The position numbers were made by a program, and so were the translations under genes. Under the pieces are notes generated by a model. That model did not search any database, was not told the DNA's origin, and was given only the letters and a program-made list of their open reading frames with translations. From NCBI GenBank assembly GCA_051889995.1, contig JBJFDL010000002.1, positions 239,927 to 303,926 of the forward strand: a stretch of 64,000 nt of DNA, given 5' to 3'. This document shows, one piece after another, positions 21,505 through 30,730 of the stretch. Origin of the DNA: Christensenellales bacterium (GTDB taxonomy: Bacteria > Bacillota > Clostridia > Christensenellales > UBA1242). How positions within the stretch are numbered: position 1 is the first letter of the stretch; each line of letters opens with the position of its first letter.

Positions 21505-21801
21505 TTAACAATAATCAATATTTATTTCTCTATTTTCATCATAGTCTTGTCTTGGTTTTTTTTGATTCCAATCCCATGGATGATCATGTGGAAATTTATG
21601 TGGCTTTTTAGGATTATCATCTTTATGTTTCCAATCCCTATTCAAAACAGCTCTACCATCTGGACCATACCATCTTTGTTGTATAAGCTCACCCTGTTCA
21701 TCATATAAGTCAATTCTTGTGTTTGGATCGCCTTTTGCTTTTAAGTCTCCTATTTTACCGACTTTACTTTTAATTCCGCCGCTAGGCTTGCACATTCCCA
21801 T
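21505..21801 (-). CDS. stand-alone polymorphic toxin domain, Ntox24-like
   Basis: PNTRIDLY...QQRWYGPDG...D...H...PHKFPHDHPW pattern. Confidence 0.6.
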   Translation of the reverse strand: MGMCKPSGGIKSKVGKIGDLKAKGDPNTRIDLYDEQGELIQQRWYGPDGRAVLNRDWKHKDDNPKKPHKFPHDHPWDWNQKKPRQDYDENREINIDYC

Positions 21802-22628
21802 TATAACTCCTCCAGTGGTAAAAGTTCAAATGTTTTAGAAAAAGTTTTACCTCCATTTCCAAATAAAGTGAAAGTTAGTTCTTTTCCATTTAAGTTTTCA
21901 ACCTTTAGTGTTGTTTTAAATTTGCCTATGACATTATATTTGGTTTTGATTTTTTGTTTATCTAAATACCATTCTATTTTGTTTATATCATCACATAAAA
22001 TTTCTATTATTCCTTGATAGTTGTCGACATCTATTGATATTACACTAGGTGGATTAATCCAATATTTAGGTGGTGAAGATTGATAGCATTGAAAAAGTTT
22101 TTTCTTGTCTTCAAAAGATGTGAAATTCCAAACAACATCTTGATAGGGATTTTTAATAAACGGAATATTTCGTTCTTTTATTGTAGGATTTTTTAGTCCA
22201 AATTGAGATAGGTCTGCAACTATTTTCCATCTATAAATTTTATTTCTTTCTTCAAAATCCATTTGCGCTTTTATTAAATGAGAAGCATAATCTAATTCGC
22301 TACACTTGTTTACATTTATAAAATGCCTTTTAGCATCTTCTTCATAACCCAATCTTTGGGAATTTCTTATATGTTTCACTCCGTGACATTTACTACACAA
22401 TGCAATAATATCAAGTAATGTTTGAGTTTTTGTTTCTGTATTAAAATCCCAAACTTCGTGAGCATCTAAATCATCTGTTGCAAATCCACAAATTTGACAT
22501 CTATGATTTGCTCTTTCATAGCATGCATTTCTAACATTATCCCAGTCTTTTTTAGGCAATGTTTTACTAAAGTCATTATTCCAAGCACCTTTTGGTAGTA
22601 ATTCTATTGTAAGTTTTAAATCTTTCAT
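21801..22628 (-). CDS. HNH endonuclease-domain protein
   Basis: RCQICG...LDAHEVW...ALCSKCHGVKH. Confidence 0.8.
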   Translation of the reverse strand: MKDLKLTIELLPKGAWNNDFSKTLPKKDWDNVRNACYERANHRCQICGFATDDLDAHEVWDFNTETKTQTLLDIIALCSKCHGVKHIRNSQRLGYEEDAKRHFINVNKCSELDYASHLIKAQMDFEERNKIYRWKIVADLSQFGLKNPTIKERNIPFIKNPYQDVVWNFTSFEDKKKLFQCYQSSPPKYWINPPSVISIDVDNYQGIIEILCDDINKIEWYLDKQKIKTKYNVIGKFKTTLKVENLNGKELTFTLFGNGGKTFSKTFELLPLEEL

Positions 22629-22637
22629 TATTGCCTC

Positions 22638-23369
22638 CTAAATTTCAGGGTATAGTTCGCCTGCTAGATATTTTTTTATAAATTCAGCAATCCCCATCTT
22701 CTTCATTAGTTCTTCTTTATTAAAAGGGTCTATTGCTTTTATATTACCATTCATTTCTGGGAACGGAGTTCCGTAACAAATAATTGCAGAAGGTTCTATG
22801 ATTTCTAACATCTTATTGTATCCTAGCATAAAGCCATCTTTGTTATCTTCTCTTGTGTAAGTTGAAACTGCTACAACTGAGCCTTTTTCAATGCCATCAA
22901 AGCAAAACTCCAAACATGGGATTGAACCCCATGATAACGTAGGTATTACTTTCATTCCTTGTTTTTGCCAAAAAGCACCACACCATCTATTTTTAAATGT
23001 GCTATATATTTGAAGTGCTCTTGGCATATCCCAATACAAACTAAATTCTGGCGATAAAATTGCATAATATTGTGACAATTTTTCCATTGCCAATTCTGGT
23101 TTTTCATATACATTTTCAAACAACCAATCGTAAGTAAAAAAATGTATTGTTTTATGTTTGTTATCTTCATCTTGCAACTTTGTTTTTGTGTAACACCATA
23201 AATCAATTTTATCCAAATCTATTTCTTGTTTTTTTATAAGTGGCATACCATATTTCCCAACTGTTTTAAATTCGTTCCTAACTAATTTTAATTTTTTTAA
23301 TAATTTTTCATTGTCATATTCAGTTTTTTCTTGTGTTAAATTATTATCTACTTCATAATTTTCTTTCAT
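22638..23369 (-). CDS. DUF4417 domain protein
   Basis: IHFFTYDWLFE, LSPEFSLYWDMP, WQKQGMKVIPTLSW, CFDGIEKGSVVAVST. Confidence 0.88.
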   Translation of the reverse strand: MKENYEVDNNLTQEKTEYDNEKLLKKLKLVRNEFKTVGKYGMPLIKKQEIDLDKIDLWCYTKTKLQDEDNKHKTIHFFTYDWLFENVYEKPELAMEKLSQYYAILSPEFSLYWDMPRALQIYSTFKNRWCGAFWQKQGMKVIPTLSWGSIPCLEFCFDGIEKGSVVAVSTYTREDNKDGFMLGYNKMLEIIEPSAIICYGTPFPEMNGNIKAIDPFNKEELMKKMGIAEFIKKYLAGELYPEI

Positions 23370-23452
23370 AAAATCTCCTTGTATAAAAAAATCATAGGTT
23401 AAAATTAATTCAACTTATGATTTTTATAATTTATTTCATAATATTTTTTATA

Positions 23453-23785
23453 TTAAATATCTTCTTTTTTTCTAATTTCATCATTAATGGCTTGAAAATA
23501 TTTTTTGTAATATTCTTGTGATTTTTCTATTGCATAAAATCTGTTGTCTTTAAGATTTGCCAATATTTCTTTTTTATTTTCCTCCCAGAATTTCTTATGT
23601 TGATTATAACTCATAATATTAGCACCAACTACATAATCAGGTTCATCCTACTGTATGTCGTCATCTTCCCATCCACAAAACATGCATATGTCGTGAATAA
23701 AATTGATATCTCCCATTCCACACACCTTGCATTTGTATGGTGGTCTTGTATTTTCTTCAATATTTTTTACATTTTCTTTCATCAT
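23453..23785 (-). pseudogene. CPCC cysteine-rich protein with in-frame TAG
   Basis: CKVCG...ICMFCGWEDDDIQ*DEPDYVVGANIMSYNQ; TAG at 23648-23650; paralog of 23792-24097. Confidence 0.75.
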
Positions 23786-23791
23786 ACACTC

Positions 23792-24097
23792 TTATTTTAT
23801 CTTTTGTGTTATTTCGCCCGATTCTTCTTTTCTTAAAATTTCTTCGTTTTGTTTTTGAAAATTATTTTTGTAATACTCTATTGATAGTTTTATTACTTCT
23901 AAAGAATTATTTGCTAATTGCAATTCTTTTTTACAATCTTTACAAAACTTTTTATATTGGTTAAAAGACATCTCATTAGCTCCACCAATGTAATCTTCAT
24001 TCTCTTCCTGTAACGGATCAGATTCCCAGCCGCAGTAATTACAAATATAATAATCGCCTTCAATGTTTCCAATTTCGCAAACTTTACATTTTCTCAT
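23792..24097 (-). CDS. CPCC cysteine-rich protein, putative immunity protein
   Basis: GAAGGAG RBS. CKVC...ICNYCGWESDPLQ...GGANEMS. Confidence 0.8.
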   Translation of the reverse strand: MRKCKVCEIGNIEGDYYICNYCGWESDPLQEENEDYIGGANEMSFNQYKKFCKDCKKELQLANNSLEVIKLSIEYYKNNFQKQNEEILRKEESGEITQKIK

Positions 24098-24101
24098 AAC
24101 A

Positions 24102-24440
24102 TTAATCTCCTTCATTTATATTTTCCCAATAAAATTTCCATTTTTCATAATCTTTCATAAAATTTTTCTCTTTAATTTTATAGAAAGTAACAATTTTACC
24201 ATCTTTATTGATTACAACGAAATGTCTATTTTCTCTATTAAATTTACATGTACAGCCGTCACTTCGCTTATAACTTAAAATTGTTTCACTATCTTCACTC
24301 ATTGCTAAATCTTTTGCAGCTTGTGAATATCCTATAAAATCATTTTCAAACCCCATCTGCCAACCATGTCTCCCAAAATGCTCCACCTCATTGTAAGGAC
24401 TTGTCCAGTATTCAGCATAACTACTAGGACCTTTCTCCAT
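24102..24440 (-). CDS. small stand-alone toxin-like protein (putative RNase domain)
   Basis: HFGRHG..MG...Y..AA...R.DG..FN...FVVI...GKIVTFYK resembles polymorphic-toxin C-termini that pair with CPCC genes. Confidence 0.55.
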   Translation of the reverse strand: MEKGPSSYAEYWTSPYNEVEHFGRHGWQMGFENDFIGYSQAAKDLAMSEDSETILSYKRSDGCTCKFNRENRHFVVINKDGKIVTFYKIKEKNFMKDYEKWKFYWENINEGD

Positions 24441-24560
24441 GTATTATATCATACCTCCTTATAAAATGCAAAAGGTTGGAGAAACAAAACATTTCTTCAA
24501 CCTTTTAATCACATTTTATCATACGATTTTTAACAAATTCAACATTCACTGCCGTTTTTA
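24441..24560 (-). promoter_or_regulatory. conserved leader (two promoters, hairpin, RBS), copy 1
   Basis: Closely similar to 59526-59643. Confidence 0.75.
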
Positions 24561-24720
24561 TTACATATCAAAACCTTTTCTTGTTAATATATACATATAC
24601 ATATCGTGATAACCTGTGAGCTTTATATATTCTTTTAAAACACCTTATTGATTTAATTCACACTTTTCAATTACTTTCTTTGAGACATATTTGTTACAAC
24701 AATGTCTGCAAAGCGAAATA
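24561..24720 (-). pseudogene. 3' remnant of a RimJ/RimL GNAT acetyltransferase
   Basis: ...GVLKEYIKL..GYHDMYMYILTRKGFDM*; homologous to 39978-40140. Confidence 0.7.
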
Positions 24721-24915
24721 AAAAAAATAGATAATTAAGTGTTTATCTAGCACAATATTATCTATTTTTTCTTTTTAGCACGCATGAATAATGCGAATAA
24801 ATGAGCATTTTCTTATAATTTTAAATGCAATTAATTAAAATAAATATAATAATTGATAAAAAATTCTGAATTTAACATTTTAAATAATTAACGATAAATA
24901 TCTTATAACAAAAGT

Positions 24916-27900
24916 TTATATTCTTTTCCAGTAATAAGAAAGATAAGTTGATGTCAAAAATGTTGCTGCTGTCTTTTCGTTTGATAAATCTGCACTTGAA
25001 AGAGATGTTGGACTGTTTAAGATATAATTCTCTGCCACTACCCAACTTTCTGGATTTTCAAAAGTTACACTTTCCAAACTGTTGCAATCTCTAAATGCGT
25101 CTTCCATAATAATTTGTGTATTGCTATGAATTTTACAAGAGGTTATTTCAGTTGAACTTGCTTTTACTAATACCAAATATGGATTTTTAGCATTTCCTAA
25201 ATAGTTTGCATTTTCATAAGTATTATATTTTAAATTGCTACAGCCATAGAAGGTATTAGAGTCAATGCCTACTATGGTATCTGGAAGTGTTATACTTTCC
25301 AAACTGCTACAATTAATGAATGCAGCATATCCAATCTGCCTTACACTGCTTGGGATTGTTAAACTTTTTAATTTACTACAATTTTTGAATGCAAATTGAT
25401 CAATAATTGTAACACCATCTGGAATTGTTATACTTTCCAAACTGCTACAACCTTCGAATGCTTTAAAACCTATATATGTTACGCCATTTGGAATTGTTAC
25501 TTTTGTTAGACTGCTACAACCATAAAATGACTGTGAATCAATTCTTGTAATACCATTTGGAATTGTAATTTCAGTTAAACTATTACACTCATAGAATGCT
25601 TTATATCCAATACTTATGACACTATCTGGAATTGTTATATTTTGTAAATTATTGCAACCTTCAAAGGCAGAATTCTCAATAGTCTTAACACTATTTGGAA
25701 TTGTTATATTTATCAAATTAGTGCAACAAAAGAATGTTTCTTCGTTAATACTTGTTACACCTTCTGGAATTGAAAAACTAGTCAAACTATTACAATTATA
25801 GAATGCACGTGCTCCAATACTTATAATACTATTTGGAATTGAAATACTTTCTAGACTTCGACAACAATAAAATGCATATTCATCAATAAATTTTGTATTA
25901 TTGTTTACTGCACAAGAAGTAATTGAGGTTGAACTTACTCCTGCTAATAATAAGTAGGGATTTTCAGTATTTCCTAAATAGTTTACATTTTCATAAGTAT
26001 TATATTTAAAATTACTACAACCATAGAATACATCTGCACCAATGCTTATTAAACTACTAGGAATTGATATGCTTTCCAAACTGCTACACCAATAGAATGC
26101 CCTATTTCCAATACTTGTTACACCTTCTGGGATTGAAATACTTTTCAAACTTCTACAATCACAGAATGCATCGTTTCCTATACTTACAACACTATTAGGA
26201 ATTGATATGCTTTCCAAACTGCTACACCAATAGAATACCGCATTCCCAATACTTGTTAATTTGCTTGCACTTTCAAATGCAACACTTTTCAAATTGCTAC
26301 ACTCATAAAATGCATTTTCCCCAATACTTACAACATTCTTTGGAATTGATATACTTTCTAATGTGTTACAGCCATAAAACGCAGAATCCCCAATACTTGT
26401 TACGCTATTAGGAATTAATATGCTTTCCAAACTACTACAATCTTCGAATGCATAATCTCCAATACTTGTTAGATTGTCTTCACTTTCAAATGTAACACTT
26501 TTCAAACTGCTACATTCACAAAACGCCGCTATTCCAATTTTTTTAACACTATCAGGTATTGATATACTTTCCAAACTGCTACAATTACAGAATGTAGCAA
26601 TACCAATGCTTGTTACGCCATTAGGAATTGATATGCTTTCCAAACTGCTACAATAACAAAATGCACCTTCTCCAATGCATATAACACTATCTGGAATTGA
26701 TATACTTTCCAAACTACTACAATCATAGAATGCATAATCTCCAATAATTTTTGTATTACTTTCTATTGAAAAAGAGGTTATTGTAGTATCAACTTCTATT
26801 AATACCAAATACGAATTTTCACTATTCCCTAAATATTTTGCATATTCATTTTCATTATATTGTAAATTGTCGCAACCATAGAATGCAGAATTTCCAATAT
26901 ATTTTATACTGCTAGGGATTGATACCCTTTTCAAACTGCTACAATCCTCAAACGCAGAATGTCCAATACTTGTTACGCTATTAGGAATTGATATACTTTC
27001 CAAACTGTTACAGCCATAAAACGCACAATCTCCAATGCTTATTAAATTACTTGTGTTTTCAAATGTAACATTTTTCAAACTGCTACAATCCTCAAACGCA
27101 GAATCCCCAATGCTTGTTACGCTATTAGGAATTGATATACTTTCCAAACTGCCATAACCATAAAACGCACAATCTCCAATAATTTTTGTATTGCTAGGAA
27201 TTATAAAAAAGGTTGTTGATTGTGAAGATGTCTCTACTAATGCAAGATGTTGATTTTCACTATTCCCCAAGTATTTTGCATCATTATAAATATTATACTG
27301 TAAGTTGCTACAACCATAGAATGCACCATCTCCAATACTTGTTACATTATCTTGGAGTGAAATATTTGTTAAATTACTACAATTTAAAAATGCTCCAGGA
27401 AGAATATCCCCGCCTGTTATTGTTACTGATGTTAATTTGCTTGGTATATGGTATGTGATTTCGGTATAATTATATTTATTTGGATCAAAATAGACTTGTT
27501 CTGTTTGCACTGATTCAGCAAAACTTTCTGTTCCAAATAAATACCCAAATGGATATTGATTTGCGTCACTTGATGTTATATCAGCACTATTCCCCACAAA
27601 TGGTATTGTTAAACTTTCAAGTGATGAACAACCAGATAATGCTCCCTCTTTTACACTTGTTACACTTTTTGGAATTTTTATTGTTTCAAGATTTTTACCA
27701 TCATCTGTAATTCCTGTCAACAAACCATCTTCGTCAATTAATAAATATGTATGCTCCCATTTTGCAGTTAATGTTAAATCTTGATTTACTGTGTTTTCAG
27801 CAAAAGACCATTCTTTATCTTCATAAAACCAACCAAGAAATATAAAATCTTCTTGTGTAGGATTTTCTGGCTGTGATAGAAGTTCGTCTTTTTTTACTTG

Positions 27901-28050
27901 AACTGATGCAACCTCACTTCCACCTTTACTATTAAATGTTACTGTGTAATAAGTATCAACCTTGTTATTATTACAAGCAACAAAAAATATTGAAAATGGT
28001 AAAAAAATGAGAATGAATAAAACTGCTTTAATATAATTTTTCATTATCAT
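24916..28050 (-). CDS. BspA-type leucine-rich-repeat (LRR_5) surface lipoprotein with InlB B-repeat
   Basis: Lipobox FFVAC. YTVTFNSKGGS...FLGW...LTLTAKW. Many CSSLESISIPNSVTSIGxxAFxx repeats. Confidence 0.92.
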   Translation of the reverse strand: MIMKNYIKAVLFILIFLPFSIFFVACNNNKVDTYYTVTFNSKGGSEVASVQVKKDELLSQPENPTQEDFIFLGWFYEDKEWSFAENTVNQDLTLTAKWEHTYLLIDEDGLLTGITDDGKNLETIKIPKSVTSVKEGALSGCSSLESLTIPFVGNSADITSSDANQYPFGYLFGTESFAESVQTEQVYFDPNKYNYTEITYHIPSKLTSVTITGGDILPGAFLNCSNLTNISLQDNVTSIGDGAFYGCSNLQYNIYNDAKYLGNSENQHLALVETSSQSTTFFIIPSNTKIIGDCAFYGYGSLESISIPNSVTSIGDSAFEDCSSLKNVTFENTSNLISIGDCAFYGCNSLESISIPNSVTSIGHSAFEDCSSLKRVSIPSSIKYIGNSAFYGCDNLQYNENEYAKYLGNSENSYLVLIEVDTTITSFSIESNTKIIGDYAFYDCSSLESISIPDSVICIGEGAFCYCSSLESISIPNGVTSIGIATFCNCSSLESISIPDSVKKIGIAAFCECSSLKSVTFESEDNLTSIGDYAFEDCSSLESILIPNSVTSIGDSAFYGCNTLESISIPKNVVSIGENAFYECSNLKSVAFESASKLTSIGNAVFYWCSSLESISIPNSVVSIGNDAFCDCRSLKSISIPEGVTSIGNRAFYWCSSLESISIPSSLISIGADVFYGCSNFKYNTYENVNYLGNTENPYLLLAGVSSTSITSCAVNNNTKFIDEYAFYCCRSLESISIPNSIISIGARAFYNCNSLTSFSIPEGVTSINEETFFCCTNLINITIPNSVKTIENSAFEGCNNLQNITIPDSVISIGYKAFYECNSLTEITIPNGITRIDSQSFYGCSSLTKVTIPNGVTYIGFKAFEGCSSLESITIPDGVTIIDQFAFKNCSKLKSLTIPSSVRQIGYAAFINCSSLESITLPDTIVGIDSNTFYGCSNLKYNTYENANYLGNAKNPYLVLVKASSTEITSCKIHSNTQIIMEDAFRDCNSLESVTFENPESWVVAENYILNSPTSLSSADLSNEKTAATFLTSTYLSYYWKRI

Positions 28051-28279
28051 TTTCTCCTTTTTTATTATATTCTTGTTCGATAATTAATGTCCAACCGAAA
28101 AAATACATTAGTATTATAGTATATTTGAAATAATTTTGCAAGTTTCAAATATTTATCAACCTACATATTATCATACAATCTAGGTTTTCCGCAACTAAAT
28201 TTGTAAAGTTCAATCATTATGACATTATCATAATTTGTTTGAGCAAGTTTTTTGCACATTTTTTCATAATCAATTTTTT

Positions 28280-28880
28280 AATCAAATGGCAACCTATGCA
28301 AATCACGAGTATAGCCATATCCATATTCTCAATCCATTAAATTATCGTGCAAATGGACAGCAAATAAGCTATCAAATTATATAAGTGATGATGTCCTGCA
28401 TCATAGCAAAAACCCACAAACTTATCTTTAATATTATCAAGCAGATAATAAACATGTTTTATGCTATAACTATTAACATTTTCTATTGCCTTTTTACTTT
28501 TTTTAGCAAACTTTAAAATCCTCCAAAATTCTTTAATCCTTGCTCATTAAGATTTAATGCAAAATCAGTAGGATTTCCTAAGCTAGCGTGCATTACCGCA
28601 ATAGAAATATTATATTTAATCTCTAACTGATTTATGACATCTTAAATATAACTTCCAGCTGCTTCGCCTGTTGCCCAAAGGCCATTTGCATATTTATGTT
28701 AATATGGAAATAAGAAATATACATTCCCAAATTGTGAATGGTTTTAATGGTTTAATCAATGTTTTTTGCCTTAAAAGATAGCATAATGTTCTTAAATCCA
28801 GCATTTGCTATATTATTTATGATTTCAATGTCACTACTTCCACTTTCATTATTTGTGCTAATACCAATTTAAGCACAATT
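28280..28880 (-). pseudogene. sugar-phosphate isomerase/epimerase (TIM barrel) remnant
   Basis: Fragments IANAGFKNIMLS, GFCYDAGH, AVHLHDN, with multiple stops and frameshifts. Confidence 0.6.
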
Positions 28881-28927
28881 TTAAACCTCTATATTTTCTC
28901 TTTCAATCTTTTTAGTAAGTTCTAGTG

Positions 28928-28975
28928 TTGGTAAGCAAGAGGTTTTCGGCGGTTCAACCATGCTCGTCAGCTCCA
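28928..28975 (+). pseudogene. degenerate 3' half of tRNA-Thr(GGT) (att remnant)
   Basis: TTGGTAAG-CAAGAGGT..GGCGGTTCAA...CGTCAGCTCCA, followed by a hairpin like those after the tRNAs ending at 45629 and 58228. Confidence 0.7.
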
Positions 28976-29374
28976 GACATTAAAACTCTTGAAATTTAGG
29001 CACTTTCAGCCAATTTCAGGGGTTTTATTTTTTATCAATCTTTTATGAGTTTTTATCAATTTTTATGGAGCTATTGCTAAAATAGCGCCATAGGAAAATA
29101 TTGGACAAGATTTTCATAATCAAAAAATTAGAAATCTCCACTTTGGCGAGTTTTTGCTAGTAAAATCGAGCATAATTGCTCCAAACTGCTCCAAGATTTT
29201 TTTTATTACAAAAGCTGAGAAACTGTTGGCTGTTTTTATTATAGACAGTCAAGGTAGTTAATACGAACAACTATAGGCGGTTTTCCTTTTAGCAATTTAG
29301 ATTAAAATCAAGCAAAATAGCTGTAAAGTGCAAATAATTGCCCCAGAATATAGATAAATTAAAATGTTATTCGC

Positions 29375-30730
29375 TTATTTTTTCATTTCAATAACGACCT
29401 TAAATCCATTGTCGGTAAATATGAAAAGTTCTCCACCGAGCATTTCGGCGTTTAATCGCATTCCTTTTATTCCTGTGCTTTCAGTGATTGTTTGGTTTGT
29501 GAATTTTCCATTATCGGATATTTCAATTTTTTTATCTGAGATTTTTACAAAAAGTTTTGTTGCATTTGCGTGTCTTATTGCATTTGTTGCGCATTCCCTG
29601 ATGATTTTAATAACCGCCTTTGCCTTTTGCATTTCTCTTGGCATTTCGCCAGAAATAATAATATTAAAACCAATCATTTCAAAGGCTGTTACAATGGAAT
29701 TTTGCATATTTTTTGTTTCAAAAATTTCATCATTGTCAATTTCGCCAATCATTGTTTTTAACATATTTTTAATATTGTTTAGGTTAAAAGTTTTTTCATC
29801 AATAGCATCCAAAACATGGTGCAAAATAAACAATCTTTGACCAATTATGTCGTGTAACTTACTTTTTAATATTAAAACTTCTTTTTGCCTTTCTATTTCG
29901 TCAAGATTTTCAATCATTTTCAAGATTTCAGATTGTTTCACTTTCAGTTCGGCTTGTTTATTTTCAATTTCAAGGGTGGTTAAATATTCTTTTGTGATAT
30001 CAAAAGCATAAATTTGAATTTTGGATTGTTTTATTATTGAAAATGAATACACTTTTTCATCTAAAAACACCAATATATTTTGCTCATCAACAATTTTTGA
30101 ACTTTTTCTCAATTTTATGTTTTGCCATATTTCAAATGAACTTTTATTTTTGTTTATTTCCAGTTTTTCAAGCAAGTTTTTCATTGCCAAGTTTTCATAA
30201 ACAACATTAAACTTGCTTTCAAACATTACAGCAGTTTTAAGCCCATCTAATGCTTCTTTTAGAGAATAATAGTTTATTGTATTTTTTAATTTTGAAAATG
30301 AGTTTAGCAAAAACATTAACGACTTTGCAAATAAATAAACCACACTAATAACAATAAACACCACAGAGAGTGTTGCATTTACATATTTCCAAAATGGCAA
30401 AAGCATAATCAAAAATGGAAAATCTAGTGCTACTTTCCAATCCTTTTTTGCAAGCATAAGCGATATTTCCAATCCAAGAACCAAAGCACTATAATAAGCC
30501 AAAATTTCGCAACTTGGAGTGTTTAGGAAATTAAAAAATATGAAAGCCCAAATTACACAAAGAGCGATGTTTAACACTCTGCAAACAATAAAAAGGTCAA
30601 ATTCAAGTTTGCGGTTTGAAAACATCTCATAAAGCATAGAAATCGTCATAAAAATAGTGCTAACAAACAGCAAAACAACCACGAGCGATTGCGTTTCGTT
30701 GTTTAAGATTGACAAATAATTCATACACAA
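29375..30730 (-). CDS. membrane sensor histidine kinase (HisKA_3 type)
   Basis: H-box KSKLHDIIGQRL, N-box ECATNAIRHA, ISDNG, TGIKGM. Confidence 0.88.
   Translation of the reverse strand: MCMNYLSILNNETQSLVVVLLFVSTIFMTISMLYEMFSNRKLEFDLFIVCRVLNIALCVIWAFIFFNFLNTPSCEILAYYSALVLGLEISLMLAKKDWKVALDFPFLIMLLPFWKYVNATLSVVFIVISVVYLFAKSLMFLLNSFSKLKNTINYYSLKEALDGLKTAVMFESKFNVVYENLAMKNLLEKLEINKNKSSFEIWQNIKLRKSSKIVDEQNILVFLDEKVYSFSIIKQSKIQIYAFDITKEYLTTLEIENKQAELKVKQSEILKMIENLDEIERQKEVLILKSKLHDIIGQRLFILHHVLDAIDEKTFNLNNIKNMLKTMIGEIDNDEIFETKNMQNSIVTAFEMIGFNIIISGEMPREMQKAKAVIKIIRECATNAIRHANATKLFVKISDKKIEISDNGKFTNQTITESTGIKGMRLNAEMLGGELFIFTDNGFKVVIEMKK

Noticed and set aside
5629-23785. Alternative genetic code or Sec/Pyl read-through suggested by in-frame TGA (5665), TAA (20098) and TAG (23648)
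   Set aside because: All three stop types occur, alongside frameshifts. Intact genes use TGG for Trp and end in TAA, TAG or TGA. Ordinary decay explains it.
24916-28050. Diversity-generating retroelement target
   Set aside because: No reverse transcriptase and no TR/VR pair with adenine-specific differences was seen.
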